NCBI GenBank assembly: GCA_022447925.1
Contig: JAKUTS010000001.1
Location: 79,892 to 143,891, forward strand
Length of the DNA: 64,000 bases
Source: SAR202 cluster bacterium
GTDB taxonomy: Bacteria; Chloroflexota; Dehalococcoidia; Lucifugimonadales; UBA2962
Direction of reading: 5' to 3'
The translations under genes and the position numbers were made by a program. Under the pieces are notes generated by a model that saw nothing but the letters and a program-made list of their open reading frames with translations, did not search any database and was not told where the DNA came from. This document shows positions 45,334 to 54,056 of this stretch, piece after piece. How positions within the stretch are numbered: position 1 is the stretch's first letter; the number at the start of each line of letters is the position of its first letter.

Positions 45334-46257
45334 TTGTTAATTAGAATTGAGTCGGCCTTTAATCTGGAATCAACATTAGATAGTGGTCAGGCATTTCGAT
45401 GGAAAAATCGAGGTGACTATTTTGAAGGCGTGGTAGACCAATCTATTATTCTCCTAAAACAAGTTGTCGACGGACTGGAATTTGAATCTTTTCCTCAAGC
45501 TGAAAAAGAGATTGAGTCTAAGCTGAAGTATTATCTGTCTTTGCATGATGATTTGGAAATTATATTGAAATCAATTGCTGTAGATCGAAACATCCAATCG
45601 TATATTGATCAATACAAAGGTATGAGAATCTTGAAACAAGATCCTTGGGAATGTCTAATTTCATTCATATGTTCCTCTAATTCTAATGTGTTGAGGGTCA
45701 AGCAAAATGTTGAAGATATGTCTGCAGCTTACGGAGAAAAGATTGAAGCTTTTGGAAGCATAAGACACACTTTTCCCTCCCCGCAACAATTGGAAAATGC
45801 CAGTATCCCTATTCTTAGACAGCTTAAGCTCGGTTATAGAGCAGAGTATATCTATGAAGCTGTAAAATTGGTCTCACAACATGTAATCAACCCATGGGCA
45901 TTATTAGAAGAACCTTATGAAGAAGCCCTAATGACCCTAACTAAGATACCTGGTATTGGGGATAAAGTCGCGAATTGCATAATGTTGTTTTCTATGAGTA
46001 AGGATGACGCTTTTCCTGTCGATGTTTGGATTGATCGAATTATTAAAGAACTTTATCCTGAAGAACTAGATGATTATATTCAAAGAAAATATTCAAATCA
46101 GTTGGCAAATAAAAAGAGAACTAAAAATAGGCTCAAAACCCCTTCGGTGAATAGAATGATTATAAAAGATTGGGCTAGGGAATATTTTGGGGATTATGCT
46201 GGATGGGCCAATCATTACATGTTTCACGAGAGACGTAAAAGATTACTGCGCAGTTAA
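45334..46257 (+). CDS. ogg: 8-oxoguanine DNA glycosylase/AP lyase (OGG1-type, HhH-GPD)
   Basis: N-terminal LDSGQAFRW. HhH-GPD IPGIGDKVANCIMLF with the catalytic-type Lys, plus downstream FPVDVW Asp. TTG start. The 3' end overlaps the convergent SDR by 15 nt. Confidence 0.8.
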   Translation: MLIRIESAFNLESTLDSGQAFRWKNRGDYFEGVVDQSIILLKQVVDGLEFESFPQAEKEIESKLKYYLSLHDDLEIILKSIAVDRNIQSYIDQYKGMRILKQDPWECLISFICSSNSNVLRVKQNVEDMSAAYGEKIEAFGSIRHTFPSPQQLENASIPILRQLKLGYRAEYIYEAVKLVSQHVINPWALLEEPYEEALMTLTKIPGIGDKVANCIMLFSMSKDDAFPVDVWIDRIIKELYPEELDDYIQRKYSNQLANKKRTKNRLKTPSVNRMIIKDWAREYFGDYAGWANHYMFHERRKRLLRS

Positions 46258-47004
46258 AGCTCCATCTATAGATAGACACGAACCGGTGACATATGATGAT
46301 GCATCAGACCATAAAAATGTAACTAATCCAGCAATACTTTCTGGAGTTCCTAATTGTTTGATTGGGTGAAAATCTCGTGCTTTTATCCACGCTTCAGAAT
46401 TTTTACCATATGTTTGATTGAACATAGGAGTTTCCACACCGCCAGGACAAACGGCATTTATGCGGATTCCTTTATCGGCGTAGTCTAAAGCAGCGCTTTT
46501 TGTCAGTCCGTTCAAGCCATGTTTATTAGCAGTGTAAGTAGTAAAACCTTTTGTGCCAATTAACCCATTTGCAGAGGACATATTGACAATGCTTCCGCCA
46601 CCTTTAGATAACATATGTTGAATTTCATGCTTCATGCATAAAAATGGCGCAGTTAAATTTACTGACATCATATGATTCCAAATATCAGAATCGATTTCGT
46701 GTATAGGTAATTGTGGTCCGCCTGTGGCTGAGTTATTACAAGCCAAATCAACTTCGCCGTATTTTTCTATCGTTTTTTCAAACAAACTGTCAATTTGTTT
46801 CGGATCTGACATGTCTGCCTTTATGAAAAACGCCTCTCCACCCTTACTTAAAATGTAATCAACTGTTTCTTTGCCAGTTTTTTCGTCTCGCGCTCCTATT
46901 ACAATTTTTGCTCCTTCACTGGCCGCTCTAATTGAAATTGCTTTTCCAATTCCAGAGTTGCCACCAGTTATCAACGCTACTTTATTTTTTAATAATTCTG
47001 TCAC
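46243..47004 (-). CDS. SDR-family oxidoreductase
   Basis: TGGNSGIGKA (TGxxxGIG), NNSA, S...YxxxK (YTANKHGL). 253 aa. Confidence 0.85.
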   Translation of the reverse strand: MTELLKNKVALITGGNSGIGKAISIRAASEGAKIVIGARDEKTGKETVDYILSKGGEAFFIKADMSDPKQIDSLFEKTIEKYGEVDLACNNSATGGPQLPIHEIDSDIWNHMMSVNLTAPFLCMKHEIQHMLSKGGGSIVNMSSANGLIGTKGFTTYTANKHGLNGLTKSAALDYADKGIRINAVCPGGVETPMFNQTYGKNSEAWIKARDFHPIKQLGTPESIAGLVTFLWSDASSYVTGSCLSIDGALTAQ

Positions 47005-47058
47005 TGTTTTCTCTTGTGTTTTAATTTTAGATAACTTGTTAAATTAATTAGCTTTTCA

Positions 47059-47823
47059 TCATCGAGCGAGCATTCCTGCATCTACTGGCATAGTAGCCCC
47101 GTGTACGAAAGAAGCATCCTTTGTACATAGCCATACAACCATCTCCGCAACTTCTTCCGCTGTGCCATATCTTTTCATCGGCACGGTTGACTTCCATTCT
47201 TCATATAATTCTGGATGATCATCCCAAAATGGTTGGTTGATTTGTGTATCAATGATACCTGGGGCTACAGAATTAATTCGAATTCCTTTGGCACCATATT
47301 CAAGTGCAGCGCTCTGTGTAAAGCCAACAACTGCGTGTTTACTTGCCACATATATAGATAAACCAGCACCTCCAACCAGACCTGCTTGTGAAGCTGTATT
47401 TACGATACAGCCGCCTTGTTGCTCCAACATTATTGGAATTTCATATTTCATGCATAACCAGACACCTTTAGAGTTTATGTTCATAACTTTGTCATAATCT
47501 TCTTCGGTGCATTGATCTATTGGTTTATCAAACAGTCCAATGCCAGCGTTATTAAATGCAAAATCTAATTGATTATGTGACTTTATGATTTGCTCCATTA
47601 GTGCTTTTACTTCTGATCCATTTGACACATCGGTACGGATAAAATGAGCTAAGCCTCCATTTTCTATAATCTTAGATGCTGTTTTATTTCCGGATATTTC
47701 ATCCAGATCAGAACAAATTACCGTTGCACCTTTTTCAGCAAACTTCATGGCACTTGCTCTGCCGATACCGTTTGCTGCGCCGGTTACTAAAGCAACTTTT
47801 CCAGAAAATTGTTTATCTGCCAC
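47059..47823 (-). CDS. SDR-family oxidoreductase
   Basis: TGAANGIGRA, NNAG, YVASKHAV catalytic tetrad pattern. GTG start with GAAAGG upstream. 254 aa. Confidence 0.85.
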   Translation of the reverse strand: MADKQFSGKVALVTGAANGIGRASAMKFAEKGATVICSDLDEISGNKTASKIIENGGLAHFIRTDVSNGSEVKALMEQIIKSHNQLDFAFNNAGIGLFDKPIDQCTEEDYDKVMNINSKGVWLCMKYEIPIMLEQQGGCIVNTASQAGLVGGAGLSIYVASKHAVVGFTQSAALEYGAKGIRINSVAPGIIDTQINQPFWDDHPELYEEWKSTVPMKRYGTAEEVAEMVVWLCTKDASFVHGATMPVDAGMLAR

Positions 47824-47863
47824 TTTTTACCTTTCCGTCCATCTTTATTTGCTAATGGGCTAT

Positions 47864-48136
47864 TTATTCTTGCTCAGTAAATAACTCTGACCTTATCTGG
47901 TCAACTAATATTGACTCTTCGGGAAATTCCCCTGTTTCTAGCTTTGAATACATTAGTTTATCGCCGACAGAAACTTCGAAAGCTCCCCCGTCAGCTGGAA
48001 TCAACGAAATGCCACTTATATCCCATGAACATAAGTTCATTAGTTGCTTTGACAGGCTAACTGCCTGTGGAACATAATCTCAGGGAACACAGTATTTAAT
48101 ACTAATTAGTGGTCTCGATTTTACATCGCCTAGCAT
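47864..48136 (-). CDS. SelW/Rdx-family thioredoxin-fold selenoprotein candidate; in-frame TGA (48080-48082) read as Sec in a CxxU motif
   Basis: Hand translation of the minus strand gives MLGDVKSRPLISIKYCVPUDYVPQAVSLSKQLMNLCSWDISGISLIPADGGAFEVSVGDKLMYSKLETGEFPEESILVDQIRSELFTEQE. A strong RBS is present (TAAGGAGAAATTTATG). Rdx hallmarks are visible: I-x-YC-x-x-C/U near the N-terminus, LIPxxGGxFEV, and FPE. The ORF is missing from the track because of the TGA. Confidence 0.75.
48052..48068 (-). promoter_or_regulatory. candidate bacterial SECIS hairpin
   Basis: On the mRNA the sequence is UGA, then 11 nt, then ACAGGC-AGUUA-GCCUGU (6-bp stem). The apical loop contains GU and starts 17 nt after the UGA, which is within the range described for bSECIS elements. 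The fold was judged by eye only. Confidence 0.45.
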
Positions 48137-48211
48137 AAATTTCTCCTTACGCTTGTGACTCATATGTTTAATTAAATTCCAATTTTTAAGTTTAAAATCA
48201 CACCGGTATAC

Positions 48212-49198
48212 TTACAATAGAGCTTTAACAAGTTTAGTGAATCTTTCCATCTTAAATAGAGTTTCATCTATATCTTTTCCTTTGTAGTCCAGTGTTAAAT
48301 AACTGATTCCAATTTCTCCGAGGTTATATATGTCTTCTGCAACTTGTGATGGTTCCCCGGTCAACAATCTCCTATTTCCATTTTCATCAAATGTTGTATC
48401 TGTATCCGAGTACCACATTTCAGCACTTAGAGCTACATCTATCGTATTAATATCTCGATTAGCATCATCTAGCTTGAAGTTCAATTTGCTAATGCCCTCT
48501 TTTAAACGATCGATCGTGTCTAGTGGATATTGTGGATTATTTCCAAATGGGTACCATACATCTCCATAATTTGCCGCTCGCCTAATTGCAGCCGGGCTCT
48601 CCCCGCCAATCCATATTGGAGGATAAGGTTTTTGAATAGGTTTGGGGGCAAAGTAAATGTCTGAAAAAGATACATAATTCCCTTTAAACCTAGGGTTTGT
48701 ACTGCCCCATAGTTCCTTAAAAGCATTGATATATTCGTTAGTTACGGCACCGCGTTTTTTAAAGGTATCTAGGCCTAGTGCCTCAAATTCCTCTTCCATC
48801 CATCCAGCACCACAACCCACAATTAACCGACCGTTAGAAAGGACGTCGATTGTGGCCAATATCTTCGCTGTCAGAACTGGTTGACGATATGGCAATATAC
48901 ACACTGAACTTAAAAGGTTGATTTTGTTTGTATGGGCGGCTAAATAAGACAGTGTAGTAAGCTGCTCGAAATGTAATCCTTGATCATCTTCCCCCTGACT
49001 TTCTTTGCTTGACCATTCTCCTAGGAAAGCTCCGGAGTCACTGTATGGGTAGCTTGATTGAATTGATCTTGGAACAACTAGGTGGTCACCTATATGTAAA
49101 TAATCAAAACCTATTTGTTCTCCATGTTTAGCTACCCGAGCTAAATTGTCGGCACCGGCAAAAACACCAGATGTAGGAACTTCGAAACCGAAATTCAC
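48212..49198 (-). CDS. LLM-class F420-dependent oxidoreductase (Rv2161c/TIGR03619-like)
   Basis: Motifs MNFGFEVP..., GFDYLHIGDHLVVP, SSYPYSDSG, GRLIVGCGAGWMEEEF and PPIWIGGESPAAIRRAA. GTG start overlaps the upstream stop (GTGA). Confidence 0.85.
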   Translation of the reverse strand: MNFGFEVPTSGVFAGADNLARVAKHGEQIGFDYLHIGDHLVVPRSIQSSYPYSDSGAFLGEWSSKESQGEDDQGLHFEQLTTLSYLAAHTNKINLLSSVCILPYRQPVLTAKILATIDVLSNGRLIVGCGAGWMEEEFEALGLDTFKKRGAVTNEYINAFKELWGSTNPRFKGNYVSFSDIYFAPKPIQKPYPPIWIGGESPAAIRRAANYGDVWYPFGNNPQYPLDTIDRLKEGISKLNFKLDDANRDINTIDVALSAEMWYSDTDTTFDENGNRRLLTGEPSQVAEDIYNLGEIGISYLTLDYKGKDIDETLFKMERFTKLVKALL

Positions 49199-50193
49199 TT
49201 TTTCACCTGGGAAATCACTTCTGTGTAAAATGCGTCCATGCGTTCTTTAGATTCTCCCGTTGATGATGAAAGTAGATCAAACCCAAGGACATCAATCAGA
49301 AGATAATCGACACCGACTTCTTCGAGTTGACTAATGTCAGATGCTATTTGATTAAAGTTGCCGGTCAAAATAGTTCTATCACCACTTTCAGACGTATGAG
49401 CTTTTCTTTCATCGTACCAGCTGGCTGCATATGCTAGAGATATTCTGTCAGGATCTCTGCCAGCTTCATCGGCATTTTGCTTAACTATTTCAAAGTAACT
49501 ATAAAGCTTTTCAGGTTTTTGTAGCCTGTATTTTGGGTTATTACCTATTGGATACCAAACATCAGCATACCTGCCAGCTCGCCTCAATGCAGCAGGACTT
49601 TCTCCGCCAGTCCATATTGGTGGGTGTGGTTTTTGTGCTGGTTTTGGTTCGAAAGCTATATTGCTAAAAGAGACATGGTGTCCTTTAAAGTTCGGATTAT
49701 TAGATGTCCACATTTCCTTAAATGCGGAAATATATTCATCCGTAACTCGACCTCTTGAATCATAGGTATTTAATCCCAGGGCTATGAACTCTTCTTCCAT
49801 CCAACCTGCTCCAAGGCCTACTAGTAATCGACCTTTGGACAGCACGTCAACGGTTGCTAATACTTTACCTGCATGTATAGCTGATCTATATGGAGTTACC
49901 ATAACACTGGTTAACAGCTGTGCTTTAGATGTTGCTCCAGCAATGAATGCGAGGGTTGTTAATTGTTCTAAACAGTCGCCAATAAATTCGCCCCCCGGAA
50001 ATTCCCCGGAGTCTGTATAAGGGTAACTTGATGATATGTACCTAGGCACCACTATATGATCTGACACAGCCATAAAATCAAATCCTAAACATTCACCTTG
50101 CGTGGCAAGGCTGGTAAGCCCTTCTCTAGTTGAGAGGGGGCCTCTGTTAGGGAGTACAAAACCAAATTTCATGCTATTAGATCGATCCAACAA
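49195..50193 (-). CDS. LLM-class F420-dependent oxidoreductase, tandem paralogue of the downstream gene
   Basis: Same motif set (MKFGFVLP, GFDFMAVSDHIVVP, SSYPYTDSG, GRLLVGLGAGWMEEEF, PPIWTGGESPAALRRAG). The track start is TTG 50193. ATG 50172 (MKFGF...) matches the paralogue's N-terminus better. Confidence 0.85.
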   Translation of the reverse strand: MLDRSNSMKFGFVLPNRGPLSTREGLTSLATQGECLGFDFMAVSDHIVVPRYISSSYPYTDSGEFPGGEFIGDCLEQLTTLAFIAGATSKAQLLTSVMVTPYRSAIHAGKVLATVDVLSKGRLLVGLGAGWMEEEFIALGLNTYDSRGRVTDEYISAFKEMWTSNNPNFKGHHVSFSNIAFEPKPAQKPHPPIWTGGESPAALRRAGRYADVWYPIGNNPKYRLQKPEKLYSYFEIVKQNADEAGRDPDRISLAYAASWYDERKAHTSESGDRTILTGNFNQIASDISQLEEVGVDYLLIDVLGFDLLSSSTGESKERMDAFYTEVISQVKK

Positions 50194-50212
50194 TAATGCT
50201 AGATTTAGATAC

Positions 50213-50269
50213 TGTCAACGCCTTGACACTTAAGAACACTAGTGCTAAATTTATACAGAACATACGTGC
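50213..50269 (+). promoter_or_regulatory. lexA promoter region with two Cheo-box-like LexA operators; back-to-back -35 hexamers
   Basis: TGTCAAcgccTTGACA palindrome at 50213-50228, which reads as divergent -35 boxes. For lexA: -35 TTGACA 50223-50228, 17-nt spacer, -10 TAAATT 50246-50251. GAACACTAGTGC (50234-50245) lies in the spacer and GAACATACGTGC (50258-50269) lies just downstream of the -10. Confidence 0.5.
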
Positions 50270-50349
50270 GCAAACTGCATGTCAGCTTTAATCAGCTCTA
50301 CAAAATAACTTTAATTTGATACTAAATTCAAATCAAATAAGGAAAAAAA

Positions 50350-50994
50350 ATGATTAAGAAGTTATCGGAAAGACAAGAGAGTATTTTGACATATATAAAG
50401 GATTTTTTGGATGAACATTCATATCCTCCAACAGTAAGAGATATACAGACCGGCTGTAATATCAGCTCTACTTCCGTTGTCGACTATAATCTTCGCATCC
50501 TGCAGCGAGATGGATATTTAAAACGTGAAACTGAAGTTTCAAGAGGAATAGAGCTATTGGGATCAAATAAACCCAAAATTCAAGATTTTGTTTCAGTGCC
50601 TATATTAAGTAATATAGCAGCTGGAGAACCCCTTTCTGTTAACACTCAAGACAATTGGAATCATGAAAATACAGAAACAGTAGACCTGCCCAATTTTTTG
50701 GTTGATGGAAAAGATGATGTTTTTGGTGTACGAGTAAAGGGACAATCCATGATTGACGCTTTTATAACAGATGGCGATTTGGTTTTATTAGAGCCAACAA
50801 ATAATGCAGTCAATGGTGATATGGTGGCTGCATGGATTCAAGATAATCAAGAAGTAACCCTTAAACATTTTTATTTAGAAAATGGAACGGTTAGATTACA
50901 GCCTGCGAACCCTACTATGGACCCTATATATGTTCCCGCGGACAAAGTTTCTGTGCAGGGCCGTGTTGTAGGGGTGATACGCTCGGTTAATTGA
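50350..50994 (+). CDS. lexA: SOS repressor LexA
   Basis: N-terminal wHTH (LSERQESILTYIKDFLDEHSYPPTVRDI). Ala-Gly cleavage site context NIAAGEP. Ser/Lys dyad (VKGQSM ... TLKHF). 214 aa. Confidence 0.95.
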   Translation: MIKKLSERQESILTYIKDFLDEHSYPPTVRDIQTGCNISSTSVVDYNLRILQRDGYLKRETEVSRGIELLGSNKPKIQDFVSVPILSNIAAGEPLSVNTQDNWNHENTETVDLPNFLVDGKDDVFGVRVKGQSMIDAFITDGDLVLLEPTNNAVNGDMVAAWIQDNQEVTLKHFYLENGTVRLQPANPTMDPIYVPADKVSVQGRVVGVIRSVN

Positions 50995-51020
50995 TTCGGA
51001 ATTGTAAACACCTAAAGAGT

Positions 51021-51797
51021 TCATAGCATATCGGCGCTCTCCGCAGCACGGTTCCTTAATGATCTTCCTAACTTAGCTAACCATATGCCGGCTTCGAATA
51101 ATACGATTATAGGCACAGCAACTAACGTTTGGTTGATTGGATCAAAAGTAGGGGTTATTAATGCGCCCAATACAAACGCAATTATAATTGCGTATTTTCG
51201 TCTATGAGCTAGCCACTCTGGGCTCACAATTCCCAAGCGCGACAGAAAAAACAATACTACTGGGGTTTCAAATACTACGCCCATCCAAAATAACAAAGAT
51301 AACATTAAGTTAACGTAAGTGCCTATTCTAGGCATTGGAGTAGCTATTTCACTTCCGAAGTTTAGTAAAAAGTTAACTGCTGGAGGGAATATAATCCTGT
51401 AGCCAAATCCAGCACCTATAACAAAAACAATTAAACTTACTGGTAGCAGAATATATAGATAACGACGCTCATTGGGTTTTAATCCAGGTGCTAAGAATAG
51501 GATGACTTGGAATAGCACGAAAGGCAAAGATGCAGTAACTCCGACAGTTAGGGAAGCCTTCATAGCTATTCCAATAAACTCAGTTAAATCGAGATAGACT
51601 GGTTTACCTTGTGGAACGTTGGCAAATCCTTGAGCAGGCTCCATTAATAACGTTAGTATCTGAGCATGGAAGACAAATGCCAATGCTGTTGTTAAAAAGA
51701 TAAATCCAGCTGACCACATCAGTCTTTTACGTAGCTCTACTACGTGTTGGCCGATGTTCATTTCGTTAGGATTTGCCAAATGACTCATCCTTTTCAT
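51021..51797 (-). CDS. tatC: twin-arginine translocase subunit TatC
   Basis: Six-TM protein with the HVVELRKRL N-terminal motif and LTPTFDPINQ loop. An alternative start is ATG 51761 (MNIGQHVVELR), 4 nt after the tatA stop. Confidence 0.9.
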   Translation of the reverse strand: MKRMSHLANPNEMNIGQHVVELRKRLMWSAGFIFLTTALAFVFHAQILTLLMEPAQGFANVPQGKPVYLDLTEFIGIAMKASLTVGVTASLPFVLFQVILFLAPGLKPNERRYLYILLPVSLIVFVIGAGFGYRIIFPPAVNFLLNFGSEIATPMPRIGTYVNLMLSLLFWMGVVFETPVVLFFLSRLGIVSPEWLAHRRKYAIIIAFVLGALITPTFDPINQTLVAVPIIVLFEAGIWLAKLGRSLRNRAAESADML

Positions 51798-52083
51798 TTT
51801 TGTCAGCTGATTTAGAAGTATTGGATTCCGTTAATAAGGAAGTTGGGTTTTCTAAATCATCATCAGCTACTTCATCTAATTCCACTAACGACCTTAAAGA
51901 CTTAATTGGTTTTTCGTTTCCCTCAGTAATAGAATTTTGAAGTTCAGATCCCATTTTCCGAGCGTCACGAACAAACTTTCCAATTTCTTTTCCCATTCCT
52001 ATCATTTTGGTGGGCCCTAAAATTAGAAACGCAATTATAAAAATAGTTAGTATCTCGAGGGATCCCATCCCAAGAAAATTCAT
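51766..52083 (-). CDS. tatA: twin-arginine translocase TatA/E-family subunit
   Basis: N-terminal TM plus hinge plus amphipathic helix (LEILTIFIIAFLILGPTKMIGMGKEIGKFVRDARK), with an acidic tail. Confidence 0.85.
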   Translation of the reverse strand: MNFLGMGSLEILTIFIIAFLILGPTKMIGMGKEIGKFVRDARKMGSELQNSITEGNEKPIKSLRSLVELDEVADDDLENPTSLLTESNTSKSADKNEKDESFGKS

Positions 52084-52123
52084 GTGCCCTCCAGTGCTTT
52101 TCTAATAGCTCGACCTCGTTGGT

Positions 52124-52756
52124 TTAGCAATCTCCGCAAGAAAGCAGTTTAATGCTTTTAGCAAAATCTGACGATATTTTATCAATTTGTTGCTTCAAGG
52201 CACATATTGGCAACCCAACCACGTTTAAATAACATCCATCTATTTTCCTAGCAGGTTGAAATTTCTTGTCTTGAATTGCATAACCACCTGATTTGTCAAA
52301 GACAGTACCAGTTGCAACGTAGTTGTTAATTTCCTCGTCACTGTAATTTCTAAAATTAACTCTAGTAATTGTGCTAACAACTATGGGATCTTCGATTGCC
52401 AGTATGTTTATTGAAACTGATGTTGAAACTATATGGTCTCTATTCCTGAGCTTAGAGAGCATTTTGATGGCTTCAATTTTTGAAGATGGTTTAAGTAAGA
52501 TATTTCCATCTACCGAGACTGCGGTGTCTGCACTCACGCAAAACTTGTTTGGATATTTGTCAATGTAGATCGACTTAACTTTTTCTAAGGCGATTCTTGC
52601 TGTGTAGGCTTGAACTGATTCGTTTTTATCAGGCGAGTCTTCTTTATAGCCCGATGGTTGTATAGCAAAAGAATTCGGCCAAGCATTTTCAATGATCTCA
52701 ATGCGCCTTGGAGATTTAGAAGCTAATACTAAAATAGGGCTAGATGAATTGGTCAT
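52124..52756 (-). CDS. maf: Maf-family nucleoside triphosphate pyrophosphatase
   Basis: N-terminal LASKSPRR motif, ...ADT.V..., GGYAIQ. 210 aa. Confidence 0.85.
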   Translation of the reverse strand: MTNSSSPILVLASKSPRRIEIIENAWPNSFAIQPSGYKEDSPDKNESVQAYTARIALEKVKSIYIDKYPNKFCVSADTAVSVDGNILLKPSSKIEAIKMLSKLRNRDHIVSTSVSINILAIEDPIVVSTITRVNFRNYSDEEINNYVATGTVFDKSGGYAIQDKKFQPARKIDGCYLNVVGLPICALKQQIDKISSDFAKSIKLLSCGDC

Positions 52757-52781
52757 AGGAAATATTGTGCCATACAGAAAT

Positions 52782-53981
52782 CTACAAATTGGAATTTAAT
52801 GTTACAACGCACTCTACATGGTGGGTCTGAGGAAACATGTCTATTGGCTGGACATCAATAACTGAATATCCTCCTTTAACAAGGTATGACAAATCACGAG
52901 CTAGTGTTGTCGGGTCGCATGATACGTAAACAATTCGCTTTGGCAGTTTAATTAAAATAGATTTTAAAACTTCTATATGACATCCATATCTGGGTGGATC
53001 TAAAATCACCGCATCTGGCTTAAAAGGAAGATTTAGGATGGCGTCCTCTGTTTTGGATTCAATATACTCTATATTATTTAGACCTGCTAAATTAATTTTC
53101 GCATCTTTGATTGCTGCCCCAGATTCTTCGATCGCAATTACTTTTGATGCTTCTTTCGAAACTACAGCAGAGAAAGTACCAACACCCGCATAGGCATCCA
53201 CTACGTTACTTGAGCCGCTCAGATTACAATTTTGTTTAACAATCTTTCCGAGCGTTTCAGCCTGTAATGTATTAACTTGGAAAAATGATGGTGAAGCTAC
53301 TCTGAAATAACGGTTATGCAATAATTCACGATAATGGGTCTGGCCTGTCATCATTTCTACTTGTGGATTTTTAATTATGGGTTGAATTAGCCATTCATTT
53401 GTATTGATTCCATGTCTTACACTCAATTGGCTCGTCTCTCCAACTTTGCCTTGCAATAGAGTCAAAAGTTTATTGATGCCTGCAGTCATTAATTTGCAGC
53501 TGTCTATAGCTACAAACCGACGTGTGATCCGGTTCACAAATCCTAATTCACCCTCTTTCCTGACTGTAAATCTTGCATGATTTCTATAGTTGAATATGTC
53601 AGGGCTAGGCAAAGTTGGCTGAACATTTAATTCTGAAAGTTCAGCATATGCTTGGAATTGATTTTTTACTTCATTGGCTTTAATAATCAATTGATATGAA
53701 TAATCAATATGCTGCCACTGACACCCGCTACACGGTCCAAAATAGGGGCAAGGAGGCTCGATTCTATGTTCTGATCTAACTATCACATCTAAAACAACTC
53801 CAAATGTGATTTCCTTACGCCTTTTGTTATATCGATGGATTCCAACGAGTACTTCCTCATTTGGTATGCCTCCGAAAACTTTTATTTCAACATTCTCATA
53901 TAGGGCGCTTGTGTCTCCAAGTGAATCAAACTCGCCTAACTTTAGACGTGCTGTTTCTGTATTTTCAAATGTATCAAGCAA
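52782..53981 (-). CDS. TrmA/RlmD-family RNA (uracil-5-)-methyltransferase with Fe-S Cys cluster
   Basis: N-terminal TRAM-like region, CPYFGPCSGCQWQH cluster, SAM motif DAYAGVGTFS, DPPRYG, and catalytic-type Cys in YVSCDPTTLARD. Confidence 0.8.
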   Translation of the reverse strand: MLDTFENTETARLKLGEFDSLGDTSALYENVEIKVFGGIPNEEVLVGIHRYNKRRKEITFGVVLDVIVRSEHRIEPPCPYFGPCSGCQWQHIDYSYQLIIKANEVKNQFQAYAELSELNVQPTLPSPDIFNYRNHARFTVRKEGELGFVNRITRRFVAIDSCKLMTAGINKLLTLLQGKVGETSQLSVRHGINTNEWLIQPIIKNPQVEMMTGQTHYRELLHNRYFRVASPSFFQVNTLQAETLGKIVKQNCNLSGSSNVVDAYAGVGTFSAVVSKEASKVIAIEESGAAIKDAKINLAGLNNIEYIESKTEDAILNLPFKPDAVILDPPRYGCHIEVLKSILIKLPKRIVYVSCDPTTLARDLSYLVKGGYSVIDVQPIDMFPQTHHVECVVTLNSNL

Positions 53982-54056
53982 TGTTTATTAGCACTTTCTT
54001 TAACGAAATTAATAACATTACTTTACATAGAAATACAGCGTCAGACTACAAAGTTA

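Noticed and set aside
48080-48082. The TGA could be read as Trp (genetic code 4/25) or as a pseudogene-disrupting nonsense mutation, rather than as Sec.
   Set aside because: Many well-supported genes in the window terminate at TGA at the expected protein ends (3924, 11967, 24170, 25951), so TGA is a stop here. The codon sits exactly at the CxxC/CxxU position of the Rdx family. Family motifs persist downstream and a hairpin follows at SECIS distance. A sequencing error TGA for TGC/TGT cannot be excluded.
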